Source: Eledone cirrhosa
Taxonomy: Eukaryota
Direction: 5' to 3'
Assembly (NCBI GenBank): GCA_964016885.1
Contig: OZ024742.1
Span: 192,448,001 to 192,512,000 of the forward strand
Length of the DNA stretch: 64,000 bases
This document shows, in pieces, positions 41,515 through 54,500 of the stretch. Both the position numbers and the translations under genes were made by a program. How positions within the stretch are numbered: the stretch's first letter is position 1; each line of letters begins with the position of its first letter. The notes under the pieces were generated by a model. That model was not told the DNA's origin. It saw only the letters and a program-made list of their open reading frames with translations, and searched no databases.

Positions 41515-41590
41515 TCGTAATGCATACATACGTAAGTACATATATATCTGCATACATACTATCGCTTACACACATGTATTCTAACTCTTA
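41391..41590. repeat. Palindrome with 80-bp arms centred on (TA)n
   Basis: 41391-41470 versus 41511-41590, two mismatches by eye. Confidence 0.92.
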
Positions 41591-43055
41591 CACGCATACA
41601 CACTCTCTCACTCTCTCTCCTTAACAGATATACACACACACACACACTATCTCTCATACTCACTTTAAACACATACGCAAACACACTCTCTCTCTCTTTC
41701 TGAAATATCAAAGGATATCTATTAAGACTTAAACATGCCCGGAGCTAACTCACTCGCGGAAAATTATTTAAATAATTATTTATCAATTTGTGACTAGTCT
41801 ATGATGTCTTTTACTCGTGGCATAATTATTTCCAATTATGTTTTAGGCTAAATTTATCAAATGCATTACTCGTAAATGAGTACATTCATAACCTATTTCT
41901 ATCCACAAGGCAAATTGAGAAGACAAGACATCTATTATACAGTGGCCGTAATTTTAACAAGGATGACCTCTATCACTGGCACTAAGTTATTTAGTCTAGT
42001 CGGCTAGGCCATTCTTACAAGAGTAATGACAGTTAGCTAAATACAATGGGCTAATTTTGAGGCCTCAGATTTAGCACCTCGGGCGGTTACCCAGTTTGAG
42101 TAGTTCAGCGGACCAGCTCTGTCTATCTACCGCCTATGTCGGTAAATATACCCATATGGCTAACAGGAATATACAGTGATGAAGTAAAAAAAAAAATGGA
42201 CGTTTAAATAATTGTTTCTACTTTAGGCACAAGGCCAGCAAATACCCAGTGCATTACTGGTACTTTATTTTATCGACCCCGTAAGGATGAAAGGCAAAGT
42301 CAACCTCGGCTGGATTTGAACTCAGATCGTGAAGGGACGTAACTATGCTTGAAAGCATGGCGTACGACTCTCTACCGATACTGCCAATCCACCGGTTAAA
42401 TAATAAAATCAAATCGTATGAGAAAGAAAAAGGCAAACTCTCCACACCTATCTTGGTGATATATCTCAGCTGCGGCCCGCGGTCAAGAGGGTGACAGCGT
42501 GGCTGGGGAGAACAACCAAAGACACCTATTGCATCTGCATTCCACTTCACGGGGCTGCTTCCTGGGTTGGGATGGGCATGACATAGCGGAAGGGTGGAAC
42601 GTAGTGAGGACGGTGACGACACGAGGTCATATATCATATGATTTCGGTCGATTGTTGTTATCAACGTTATATAATTAAATATAAGTAGAGTCAAATTCAC
42701 ATTGATAAATAGTGTGGTGGGGGCAGGTGGGGGAGGTGATTATCAAGAAGATGAAGTAAAAAGGGAGATGTGTAGAGAAAGGGGGAGAGAGATGGGTAAT
42801 CCATGATAAAAATGAATATAGAATTATAGAACTTAAACACAACGGTACACACACAGAGACACGTGTATTCATACACACGTACACACACATACACATATAT
42901 ATATATATGTATAATTTATATATATATATATATACATAGATGTATAAATGTTTTCTTGTTAATGTACTTATATTTATACAACCATAAATATATCCATACA
43001 TATTAATATATTACATTATGTTATGCTATAAACTATTATACATTCATTGATAATA

Positions 43056-43145
<90 letters not shown>

Positions 43146-43974
43146 ATTGGCAACTCTAGCTTTTGATATTGCTCGGGGTTATCGGCGAAAAATCAAAGGA
43201 TATACACAATTTGGACTTGCCTGATAGTTCACCGGGCTATTTACTATAAGTTCTGGCCTCATTACATGTTGTTCCTATAGCATTATAAAGTTTAAAGAAA
43301 GTAAATTTAAACTACTTGGGCTTATTTTGGTTCTTAATAGTTTAGGCTGGATTTGTCAAGCAGGATTTGTCAATCAATGTCATGACTTTGGGTTCTAACA
43401 AATACCACTAGTCGAGAACGAATGTAATTTTCTTAGAAATGTCTTGTTGGCTTGAAATAGATAAACTTGGCAGTTAGGTTACTTGGTTTAAACTGCCCGA
43501 GTAGCCTCAGAGCTGGAGCCGCCACTGATATATAAATCTATGAAAACATAAAAACGAACAAAAGCTTTCATGCATACATGTGAGAACTCACACTCATATG
43601 TACATACGTAACACGCACAACACACACACACATATATATACAAGGTGCAGCAAAAATACCACCCACATTTTAATGGTTGACCGTGTTAAATATGGAAAGG
43701 TTTTTATGCCTCACACTTTATATAGTACACAGTCAAACACACACGCACGCTTACAGCTACATATATGTATGTAGATACACACAAACAATCTAACAAATAT
43801 ACACACACACACACCTATACAAACCCCTGTTTCTGTTTCTTTACCTCCCTACCCGACCATTGCATGTCTCTGAAATCCAGCTTCTGTTTTTAAAAGAAGT
43901 GAGATGTTTGGTTCACTTTTCCAGAAATTACAAAACTGTAAAATACCTGTACTAAGTGTTTGTGTTATTATTTC

Positions 43975-44245
43975 ATGATTTTGATGATGATGATGATAGT
44001 GGTGGTGGTGATGGGGGTGATGGTGGTGGTGGTTGAGAGGGTGATGATAATGATACTTGTGGTGGTGATGATGGGGATGATAATGAGGCGGTGGTGGTGG
44101 TTGAGAGGGTGACGATAATGATAGTTGTGGTGGTGATGGTGACAATGATAATGATGGTGGTGGTTCTTCTGGTTACGAGAGTGACGACAATGATATTTGT
44201 GGTGGTGATGGTGATGGCGGTGGTATGATGATGGTGATGATGTTG
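43975..44245. repeat. (GAT/GGT)n compound trinucleotide repeat
   Basis: Direct reading. Confidence 0.9.
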
Positions 44246-44837
44246 ACACAGATCTTGTTGAATGGTGGAATAATTACTACTGGTTGTATAAATAAGATTA
44301 AACCTCTCACAACCAGCCCGCATAAGTCCACCTTGAACTGCCTATTTTAATGTGTGTACATATATGCATTAAAACCTTCCATTATAAGTAATGTTAAAAA
44401 AAACACTTTTAAACTTTTCGTTATCGTATTTCTAATGGAAGACACTGGTCTTTAAAATAATTTTGAGATTACTAAAGAATATTGATGGATTTAGTGAAAA
44501 GAACTTTTTCTTATACAAAATTATGATAGGAGGATCTTAGATAAATTTAATCACTTTAACCCATTCGACACCAAAATACTCTTGAAAGACACTGCCTATG
44601 ATTTTCAAATAATTTTGGAGAAATTTGTTATATACCTTTGTCATTATTAAGCTGGTGTTTAGATCATACTTTAACAAAGATTCTTGAAAAAAATTGTGAT
44701 GGATGGTTTTACTGAAATGCATACACTTTTGTATGGTAGAGGCTGAGGCAGTTTCAGGTGGTTTAGAAATATGAAAGTTAAATAAAAGGTATATTGGATA
44801 ATGCATTTGTAAACGTCTAAATTAAAAAAAAAAAAAA

Positions 44838-45810
44838 GATTTCTTTATTAGCCACACAGGTCGCACATTATGAAAACATTAAAGACGACACATGATGGTA
44901 CAATGTGGTTTTTTATTGTGTAAAATAAAATTCATATTGGAGATTTAAAAAATCGAACACTACAAATTCCTCAAAAGTGGGGAAACTCCAGGGTCACTCA
45001 TAGACAGAGCACATAAAAAGCACGGTCACTCTGACCACTAAGGCAAGTTCTCCCTCAAAGTTGTACTTCTCCAATCTACAGACATATACACAAGGCAGTC
45101 TCGCCTACCTTTCAACAAACTGGTTGGAAGGCAGCACTTCGCTCTCCACTCTGATTTTTCTCATCAAGTGAAAAAGTTAATCAAGGCTTCACCAAAGAGG
45201 AAAGTGTTTGTCAATAACCCTTTCAAACGCGTCCACCACACAACCTCTTTCCCCATGACTACCAAGCAGATATAAAACGCCTGTCTTTCCCTCTAAAAGA
45301 AGACGGTGTGGTGATCTTCACAATGGACTCAGTTGATAATCGGATTCGTCCCACACGGGACAGCAGTGTTCGATATAAATCCGCTAGTCAGCAATTCTCT
45401 GCCATTCGATGAGTGCGTGCAGGGCGGTTTCGTCGCCCTGAGCCCATCCCGGATAAGCCCAGCTGACGGTACTTCCAAAACTGTAGAGTTTATCTCGAAC
45501 TGTCAAAGCTGCCCGGATATACACTGCCAGGGATGGAATTTCTGGAAGTTATCCATCGCTATGGATCGAACCTCCCGTGGAAAAGTATGGCTAGTTGATT
45601 TTCGTCCACGCCCAGTCTCCCAAGAACGTCGTTATTTTTCCTGTCACTAACCCTCCATTGAACTCGCGTAGTTTCCACCGATCATACTTACCGATAGGCT
45701 GAGGGATGTGAGTGCTTGAAGACATTCCAATCTCCAAGCACTCACTCTCAGTCTTCGTTAAGGAGACGAGCTGAGGTAAAACGTGTCTATAAGAATAACG
45801 TCAGCTATCT
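44838..45810 (-). mobile_element. Decayed 3' end of an L1/Tx1-like LINE
   Basis: Minus-strand fragments such as LVVMGKEVVWWTRLKGLLTNTFL and RKIRVESEVLPSNQFVE; 3' end TGTGTGGCTAATAAAGAAAT. Confidence 0.55.
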
Positions 45811-45919
45811 TTGTTTTATCGTTGCCTAAATGAATGTCTCGCATCAGTTAATGTAAACGAACAAATCAAACCAAATGAGGGATTGAAAACAATGGTAGCA
45901 ACAAATACGTGTTGAACTA

Positions 45920-46456
45920 CAGACAGAGACAGACAGACACAGACAGACACAGACAGACATAGACAGACACAGACAGACACAGACAGACATAGACAGACAT
46001 AGACAGACACAGACAGACACAGACAGACACAGACAGACACAGACAGACATAGACAGACATAGACAGACACAGACAGACACAGACAGACACAGACAGACAC
46101 AGACAGACATAGACAGACACAGACAGACACAGACAGACACAGACAGACATAGACAGACACAGACAGACACAGACAGACATAGACAGACACAGACAGACAT
46201 AGACAGACACAGACAGACACAGACAGACATAGACAGACACAGACAGACATAGACAGACACAGACAGACACAGACAGACACAGACAGACATAGACAGACAC
46301 AGACAGACACAGACAGACATAGACAGACACAGACAGACACAGACAGACATAGACAGACACAGACAGACACAGACAGACATAGACAGACACAGACAGACAC
46401 AGACAGACACAGACAGACAGTGACAGACATAGACAGACACAGACAGACACAGACAG
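45920..46456. repeat. (AGACAGACAY)n decamer satellite, about 53 units
   Basis: Direct reading. Confidence 0.97.
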
Positions 46457-46545
46457 AAGCGCTTGCTGTGTCAACAGCTGGGTGTAGATTGGAACTAGTC
46501 GTTAAAACGACAAGAGGTCAACATCGTGCCCTGACTCTTTATGAA

Positions 46546-46637
<92 letters not shown>

Positions 46638-46649
46638 ATAATATATATA

Positions 46650-46980
46650 AATGGAAACTATCTTTATAAAATCATATTTATTTTATAATATATATTTCAA
46701 GGGTACCAATATTTTTGGGACGCACTCATCAGATAAAATACAAAAGTTGTTTTACAGATAGTGACATATTCATGACAAGAACTTAACGTTTTGAATTCTG
46801 TTTGAATAGTGAAAAAGAACTTCAAATCAAAGAATGAATATGCTAATGAGGGTAACGTTAAAATTGAAAAAGATCGTTATGTAAATTTAAATAATTATTA
46901 GTATTATTTTTTAAAGGAAGAGGAGATAGAGGTTATTATTAGGGTGGAAGAAATTTGTTTTATAAAGTTAGTTTCCATTT
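46650..46980 (-). mobile_element. PLE end remnant with ~30-bp inverted termini and a hammerhead motif at 46679-46740
   Basis: AATGGAAACTATCTTTATAAAA / TTTTATAAAGTTAGTTTCCATT. Minus strand: TATTTTAT CTGATGA...GAA ATA-TA-TAT T ATAAAATA (perfect 8-bp stem I, decayed stem II). Confidence 0.6.
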
Positions 46981-47194
46981 ACTAATATTATTGATATTGA
47001 GTTCAAATCAAGCCGAAGTCAACTTTGCCTTTCATCTTTACGGGGTGGATAAAATAAAGTACCAGTAATGTACTAGGTTATTGCTGGCCTTGTACCAAAA
47101 GTAGAAACAATTATTGATATTATACTCCAGAAAAACCTTGTAATATGTTATAAACTAAATTTGTTGAATAACCAACAAATTAAATAACTCATTG

Positions 47195-47262
<68 letters not shown>

Positions 47263-47626
47263 AAAATGTTGAGAAAAATACTGCTGGTAGCACATGGATA
47301 ACATGTAATAAAATAAGTCCCTCATCAGTGATTTGCCGACGATCATAGATATTTCATTGCATTAAAAATCATATACCTCACGTCGGTGCAATAATAACTA
47401 AATTAAGTTATTAGGACAATTAAAAAGCGTAAAGCGAGTGAGACAGGAAAACAACAAAGAGTAGAGCTAACCGTAGAAGGAAGGAAACAAGCTTCATAGT
47501 TATTCTGTTAGCATAAGCTAGGTGAATATATGAGCGCTAAGTAATAATAATAACTTTGAAGACTAAAATCCAAAGAGGGCTCGATAAGGATAAATATATA
47601 TCAAAAATATAAGAACCGTAGAGCAA

Positions 47627-47754
47627 ATATTTATTAAAATAACAGATTAAAGTTTAAGCAAAGAATCGCTGCTTTCACCCTTAACGGGATCTTCTGAAAC
47701 CCCGTTAAGAGTGAAAGCAGCGATTCTTTGCTTAAACTTGAATCTGTTATTTTA

Positions 47755-47763
<9 letters not shown>
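47627..47763. repeat. Fold-back palindrome, second copy of the 13970 family with a longer centre
   Basis: Same arms; centre CTTAACGGG-ATCTTCTGAAAC-CCCGTTAAG. Confidence 0.9.
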
Positions 47764-47814
<51 letters not shown>

Positions 47815-47918
47815 TACATCAATTATCTTGTGAAACCATGAAATAAATGGTTAATGCAAGGCAACTTTGTAAGATTTGATTTTTCTTTAATGGTTGAAAT
47901 AACTCTTTCTCTCACACA

Positions 47919-48120
<202 letters not shown>

Positions 48121-48281
48121 TATTTACGTATCGAGAGAGAGAAAAAAAAAAGAGTGAGGATAGGTGATACATATAGTTATTTGCAAGTAGCGTATGCCAA
48201 AGGTGCTCGATACTAGTGCCGGCAGTATTAAATATTCGAAGTGTTAATATTTAGTGTGCTAGAGAGTTAGCAGAGCGTAAG

Positions 48282-50080
48282 CACGTGGGAAAGTAAGAAA
48301 TCGGAGAATAGACCGTTAAAACATGTTTATTTAAAACAGCCCAGTTGGGCTCCTCAAGGGCATAAATAATCAAAAGTGTTCCTTACATTGCTCGGAAAGA
48401 GTTTTGGGGGTTAAATCCACGTCAAGGTTCATTGCTCGCAAAAATGGCTTGTTTTGATTTTGCAGCAGGTCAAGGGAGGTAACTCTGGCCGGAGTTAGGG
48501 CAGTCTTTCCCGAACAAATTTTTTTTTTTTTTTTCTGCTATGAGATGAGGTTACAACCTTACCATTGTCGATACGCATGTAATCAACTCTTATTTTGAGA
48601 GTTTTTTTTAGCCGCATCTGTTTGTCTGAGTCGTTTGAGGCTGGGTCTGGTATGCAAGGATTGTTTCCTGGGTGTTATTTTGCAGCGCCTGCCCGCCGGG
48701 GTGTTAAGACTTGTTGCAGGGAGATCCGGTGCACGGTTTCACTCCTCATCCTTAACCCATCTGAAGAAGGATATTTTTAAGCGATGTGTACAACTTATCG
48801 CTATTTCAGCTCTGCTGTTGATGAGCTCGTGGGGTGCAGTTATGATGAGGCAAAAATCGCATCATAGGAACAACGAACCAAAGTAAGATCACCAAGACAC
48901 AGAACCTCGACACAGACGCACCTACACCTGACAATAACTATATCGGCCTTAACAACTCCCTGGCAGCATCCAATAGTGTTGGCAACGACCTCCGCAGACG
49001 CAACCAGCATAACCGCGAAATGACTGGGGAACATGCAGGACATGACGTGCGGAATAACAATCGCACCACCCCGCGTGCTGTAGGTTGTAATGGTGCTAAC
49101 AACAGCTGCGGTAGCGTAGGTAACAACGTAGGCAGCAACAATGATAGCCTTACCGTGGGAAATAGACGGAACCGCGACAGAAATTGCAACTGCCGCGACA
49201 GAGGACGCTGCTCCCTTAGAGGATACTGCTTGATTGAGAGGGTTATATATTACTATTACTAGCCACAATAGCGTTAAACATTATATAGGGGCTACCTCCG
49301 GCCCGTTCAAAATTAGGTTTCGAACACATCTCCACTCTTTCACAAATAGAAAACTAAGGCACTCTACTTCGCTCGCGGACTACATCACATCACTAAAGGA
49401 CTTAAACATCAGCTTCTCCACGTACTGGGAGATTGTCGGCAGGGCTGCACCGTACAACTTCAAGAGAAAATGCGATCTTTGCCTCATGGAGCTCTACCAC
49501 ATCATAACTGCACCCCATGAGCTCATCAACAGCAGAGCTGAAATAGCGATACGTTGTACACATCGCTTAAAAATATCCTTCTTCAGATGGGTTAAGGATG
49601 AGGAGTGAAACCGTGCACCGGATCTCCCTGCAACAAGTCTTAACACCCCGGCGGGCAGGCGCTGCAAAATAACACCCAGGAAACAATCCTTGCATACCAG
49701 ACCCAGCCTCAAACGACTGACAAACAGATGCGGCAAAAAAAAATTCTCGAAATAAGCGTTGATTACATGCGTATCGACAATGGTAAGGTTGTAACATCAT
49801 CTCGTAGCAGATAGAAAAGAAAAAAAATTTGTCCGGGAAAGACTGCCCTAACACCGGCCAGAGTTACCTCCCCTGACCTGCTGCAAAATCAAAACAGGCT
49901 ATTTTTGCGAGCAATGAACCTTGACGTGGATTTAACCGCCAAAACTCTTTCCGAGAAATGTAAGGAACACTTTTGATTATTTATGCCCTTGAGAAGCCCA
50001 ACTGGTCGAAACGTACGTAGGTGCTGTTTTAAATAAACATGTTTTAACGGTCTATTCTCCGATTTCTTACTTTCCCACGT
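48282..50080 (+). mobile_element. Second PLE (different Naiad-type family), heavily 5'-truncated, inverted arms 48282-48862 / 49470-50080
   Basis: Frameshifted GIY-YIG domain (CNCRDRGRCSLRGYCLIERVIY / HYIGATSGPFKIRFRTHLHSF...CDLC..E...LINSRAE, stop at 49608); arms are diverged reverse complements. Confidence 0.88.
49985..50024 (+). ncRNA. Minimal type I hammerhead-like motif with a variant core
   Basis: GCCC TTGAGAA GCCC-AACT-GGTC GAA AC-GTAC-GT A GGTGC. Confidence 0.55.
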
Positions 50081-50099
50081 ATATATATATATAAATATA

Positions 50100-50135
<36 letters not shown>

Positions 50136-50299
50136 TGGCAAACATAAATAACAACATAATCGGTAGGCAAGTTGTATGAAAACACACAATTTGTGAAGTG
50201 GATGGGGTATACCTGGTCTACAGTATTTGACCTCATTAGTCCCCCACAGAGTTATAAGGTAGACAAAAAGTTGCCTACAATAAGTTCACGACAATAGAC

Positions 50300-50900
50300 G
50301 CCGTGTCAAGTAGGTCATGTGAGAATGACTGTAAGTCTATAGTTGGATTAAAAAGACAAATAACTATACATCAAAATACACTTCTGTATATTGGCGTGCA
50401 CAAATATAACATTGTTTGTAACGTCTGCCAAAAGATATATAGGAGTCTGGCTTACTTAAAGAGCCACTGTTGTAAATCCATTTCATTTTTATTCAGTTAC
50501 GATCTCTCAATCAGAATCAAAATTCGTTTACTGAAGACATTTGTCTGGGCAACGTTTCTTTACGGCTGCGAATCGGGGACTTTCACGAATCAGATAAGAA
50601 GATACCTCGACTCTACCGAGACATATTTCTATCGCAGAATCTCGTACGTCGACTGAATAAATAATATAAGAGGTTTTGAAGAGAGTGCGTATGGAGCGTG
50701 AGAAACTGCTCATGGTTAAAAATAAACAACTAATGTTCCAAGGACATAAGGTATGCTGGAAGACCTTTTCATTAGCGGAAAATTCCTGGGAAGTGTTCCA
50801 GGGGATCGTCAAAGGAGATCCTTTTTTTTACCATTTCAATATCAAAGCCGCGGAAGTAAGGGATCTCACTCGAGATGGAACAGCGTGGAACTTCATGGTT
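50300..50900 (+). pseudogene. Decayed RTE-like LINE ORF fragments
   Basis: CNVCQKIYRSLAYLKSH (C2H2-like end), then IKIRLLKTFVWATFLYGCESGT...YRRI...RD...W typical of RTE RT C-termini; stops and frameshifts present. Confidence 0.7.
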
Positions 50901-51413
50901 CGTCAAACACAAATACAGTGATGCCACAAGAAGAAGATGGTCTTCTTTGGACATGTTTGGACAGCCATCATACACGGCTTGAATGGGTAGTTAAGAAATT
51001 CACTTCACTATCATGAGATTTCAAACCTGATCCCATTGCGTGCCATCCTGGGCAGATTATATACCTTAGACTCAGTTCAAGCAAAGCTTTGTGAGTGAAA
51101 TTGTGAAGCCGGAAATTAAATTGATGCTCTTAGTATGGATTGTAATTCAAATGTCCAGCCTTGTCCCATTGTGTGTCACGTATATTCTGCTTCAGAATTA
51201 CTTTAGGACTACAAAGGTTCGAGGGATACTTAAAAATATAATTTTATTTATTAGTTGGACGTTCGAGTGATCAAAGAACTGAATACTCATCGTCGAAACT
51301 GACGGAAGAACTATCATCGTATTACTTTTATTAATTTATTCTTTTGCTGGTTTCAGTCATCAGTCGGCGGTCATGTAAGGAGGCTATTTTGATTTAGTCG
51401 ACCATAGCAATTC

Positions 51414-51445
<32 letters not shown>

Positions 51446-52004
51446 GTATCTGCAGAAACTGCACACAGTTACATAAGATGAACAGACTGCTGTGTCTCTA
51501 GCTCGTCAGCCACCTTGCTCTACGCAATTTTGCGCATCAATGTGGCATTGCATTTCTAATGCGAGTTTGTTCAACAGATTGGAAAACCGTTCTGATTTTA
51601 TGTGCAACGGTAAAAAATACGGAGAATGGACAGTCAAATTTGCGGTTGTCTTTCAACAAAAACAAACCTAAATACAAAATAAAAAATTAAAAAATAGATC
51701 TATAAAAACAACGTACATAGCATGTAAAATAGACAAATGGAAAAAATGTTGGACTTTCGTTAGTTTGCGGAGGTAAAGAAACGAGATTTGCTACCCACCA
51801 ACGTTGAGAGATAAACGACAGAGGGGTAGAAGGAGGAAGGAGTCAAGAGAACTATATACGACAGGGTTCTGCACTTTCCGTCTGAAAAATCCATTCACAA
51901 GGCAATGGTCAATCTAGGGATAATGCTTTAAGGTGTCACTACGGAACTGAACCCAGAACCATCTGGTTCTGATACGAACTATTTAACAACTGAGCTATGC
52001 TTAT

Positions 52005-52355
52005 AATATATGATATGATATGATACGATATGATATTATACAATATATGGTATAATATGATATGATATGATATATGATATGATACGATATGTATGATATG
52101 ATATATGATATGATATGATATGCTATCATATGATATATGATATGATATGATATGATATGATATGATATGCTATCATATGATATATGATATGATATGATAT
52201 ATGATATATGATATGATATGATATGCTATCATATGATATATGATATGATATGATATGATATATGATATGATAAAATACGATATCCTATGCTATGATATGA
52301 TATGATATGATAAGATATACTATGATATGATATGATACATGATGTGATATGATAT
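52005..52355. repeat. (ATATG)n pentanucleotide microsatellite
   Basis: Direct reading. Confidence 0.95.
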
Positions 52356-52429
52356 ATAATATATCAACAAACGTCTTGTATAGGTAACCAACCTCTCGAA
52401 CATTTACGTACCGCCGAGGGGATAAAATC

Positions 52430-52616
52430 AATATAAAGAATAGTGTGCTCATGCGCAGAGATGCTATAGAACAGCTTATTAAATAGGGTGAAAACACTTA
52501 AAGACAGAAAAAAGAAGTTACTATCGGTAGAGACCGATGAAAATTTCTTTTTCGTCTTTAAGGGTATTCACCGTATTTTATAGCATCCCTCGCATGAGTA
52601 CACCATCCTTTATATT
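52430..52616. repeat. Diverged fold-back element
   Basis: AATATAAAG...CTCATGCG..GATGCTATA...GGTGAA..CTTAAAGAC / GTCTTTAAG..TTCACC...TATAGCATC..CGCATGAG...CTTTATATT; centre ATCGGT-AGAG-ACCGAT then GAAA. Confidence 0.8.
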
Positions 52617-53044
52617 ATTAATATATTATATAATATATAATATAATGTAATATAATATAAAATAACATAACATAATTGTTTCTACTTTTCGCACAAGGCC
52701 AGCAATTACCCAGTACATTACTGGTACTTTATTTTATCGACCCCGTAAGGATGAAAGGCAAAGTTAACCTAGTATAATACAATACAATATAATATAATTG
52801 TTTCTATTTTTGGCACAAGGCCAGCAAATTACCCAGTGCATTACTGGTACTTTATTTTATCGACCCCGTAAGGATGAAAGGCAAAGTCAACCTCGGCGGG
52901 ATTTTAATTCAGACCGTAAAGGGCCGTAACTATGCTGGAAAGCATGGCGTCCGGCCCTCTACCGATACTGCCAATCTACCAATATAATATAATATAATAT
53001 AATAGCTCTCAAGAATTGTAGGAGTTGGGGCATTAATGCTCGAG

Positions 53045-53121
53045 GAAGAAGAAGAAGAAGAAGAAGAAGAAGAAGAAGAAGAAGAAGAAGAAGAAGAAGA
53101 AGAAGAAGAAGAAGAAGAAGA
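53045..53121. repeat. (GAA)n microsatellite
   Basis: Direct reading. Confidence 0.97.
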
Positions 53122-53866
53122 AATTTGTTGTAATAAATGATCTAGCCATAACAGTATTTCCTCAATATTCTACTTAAAACCACTCTGCGGGGAATTTATA
53201 AATACGTTTTTATTTCGTAACCATTCTGCTTGGCCTTTGGACCAGCGAGCAACAAACATGCGGCTGTAGATCCACGTCGAACGCTTTCACCCTTGATCCT
53301 ATGGACATAGACCGGGTGTTATGTCAAACCACTATAATCAAGTAGCATAACTCAAAATAAATGTTAATGAGTTGCTTCCCTTGATTTGCAATCTGTAGCT
53401 GAAGTATAGCGTTCAGTGAATATATGTTTGCGTGTTTCTGTGCTTGTGTGTATATGTATGTGCATGTATGTGTCTGTGTCTGTGTGCGTTTATGTGTGTA
53501 GGGCATGTTTGGGGTGCATGTGTGTATGTTTGTGTGTGGATGTGTGATTGAACGCTCCAATCATTGAATATTATTTACGAGTTCAACAGAAACAAATTGA
53601 ATAATATTAAGCTGAAAAAAAAAAGAAACAAAACAAATAAACAAATAATTAAACTCTCTATCATCAGGGCCGGATTTAGAACTTGTGGTTCCAGGGTACT
53701 TCAGATTAAAGGGGCCATTCATACATACACAAATAATTATATTTTTCTCCCCAAATTACCCAAAACACGCTACACCAACACCGGCTTTCTTGTTTTCATG
53801 CGGCCTCCAAACCCCACAATGGTGCCTGGCTCCATGCCCTGCCTTCCTTTTACACTGGCACGCAGC

Positions 53867-54500
53867 TAGACAACCATATCCCGCGAATCGGCATTTCCCT
53901 GAGGCTCGGCCTCCGGATCTGCCAGCCACACCAATGTCGCTGCGGTTCCACTGTGGACTCTTTCAGCCTCCACCCGCTTTCCTGTCGCCACAGTGCCGGC
54001 TGCATTCCACGACATCTGCCCTCAACGAGGTCATTAAGCATGGCTTGGACGCTGCAGGCTTCCCTTTCCAGCTCGAGCCGGTGGGGTTGGATCGAGGGGA
54101 CGCCAAAAGGCCAGATGGCATGACCATCTTCCCGTTCCGCAGTGGCAAACCCCTCGTCTGGGATGCCACATGCACCGACACTTTCTGCAGCCGCACCCTG
54201 GTGCAGTCTGCGACTGACCCAGGTTCTGCTGCACGTCGGGCTGAGGGGGCCAAACTCCTCAAATACCGGTCGCTCTCCGACAGGTTTGCGGTCGTTCCCC
54301 TGGCAGTGGAGACTTCTGGTGTCCTCGACCCCAGGGCTACCCTCCTTACTCACCACCATAGGCGCTGAGCTGCCCAGCCGCAGGTGTGAGCCCCGTGAGT
54401 TGGAGTGGCTTTTCCAGCGCGTCTCCCTTGCCGTCCTCCGGTAAAACGCCTTCCCCATTCTGTCCGCCGGGGCTGTGGGTGGGCCCCAATACATTAGTTA
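53867..54500 (+). mobile_element. 3' fragment of a CRE-like non-LTR retrotransposon (zinc motif + restriction-like endonuclease), frameshifted
   Basis: ICQPHQCRCGSTVD..HPLSC; ALNEVIK..L...EPVGL.RGDAKRPDG...GKPLVWDATC...K..KY...PLAVETSG; WLFQRVSLAVLR. GC-rich island. Confidence 0.85.

Noticed and set aside
53665-53866. hAT/Tip100-like MITE starting CAGGGCCGGATTT
   Set aside because: The matching right TIR and TSD are not convincing.
53850-54494. 214-aa minus-strand ORF
   Set aside because: It is the shadow frame of the GC-rich CRE-like fragment.
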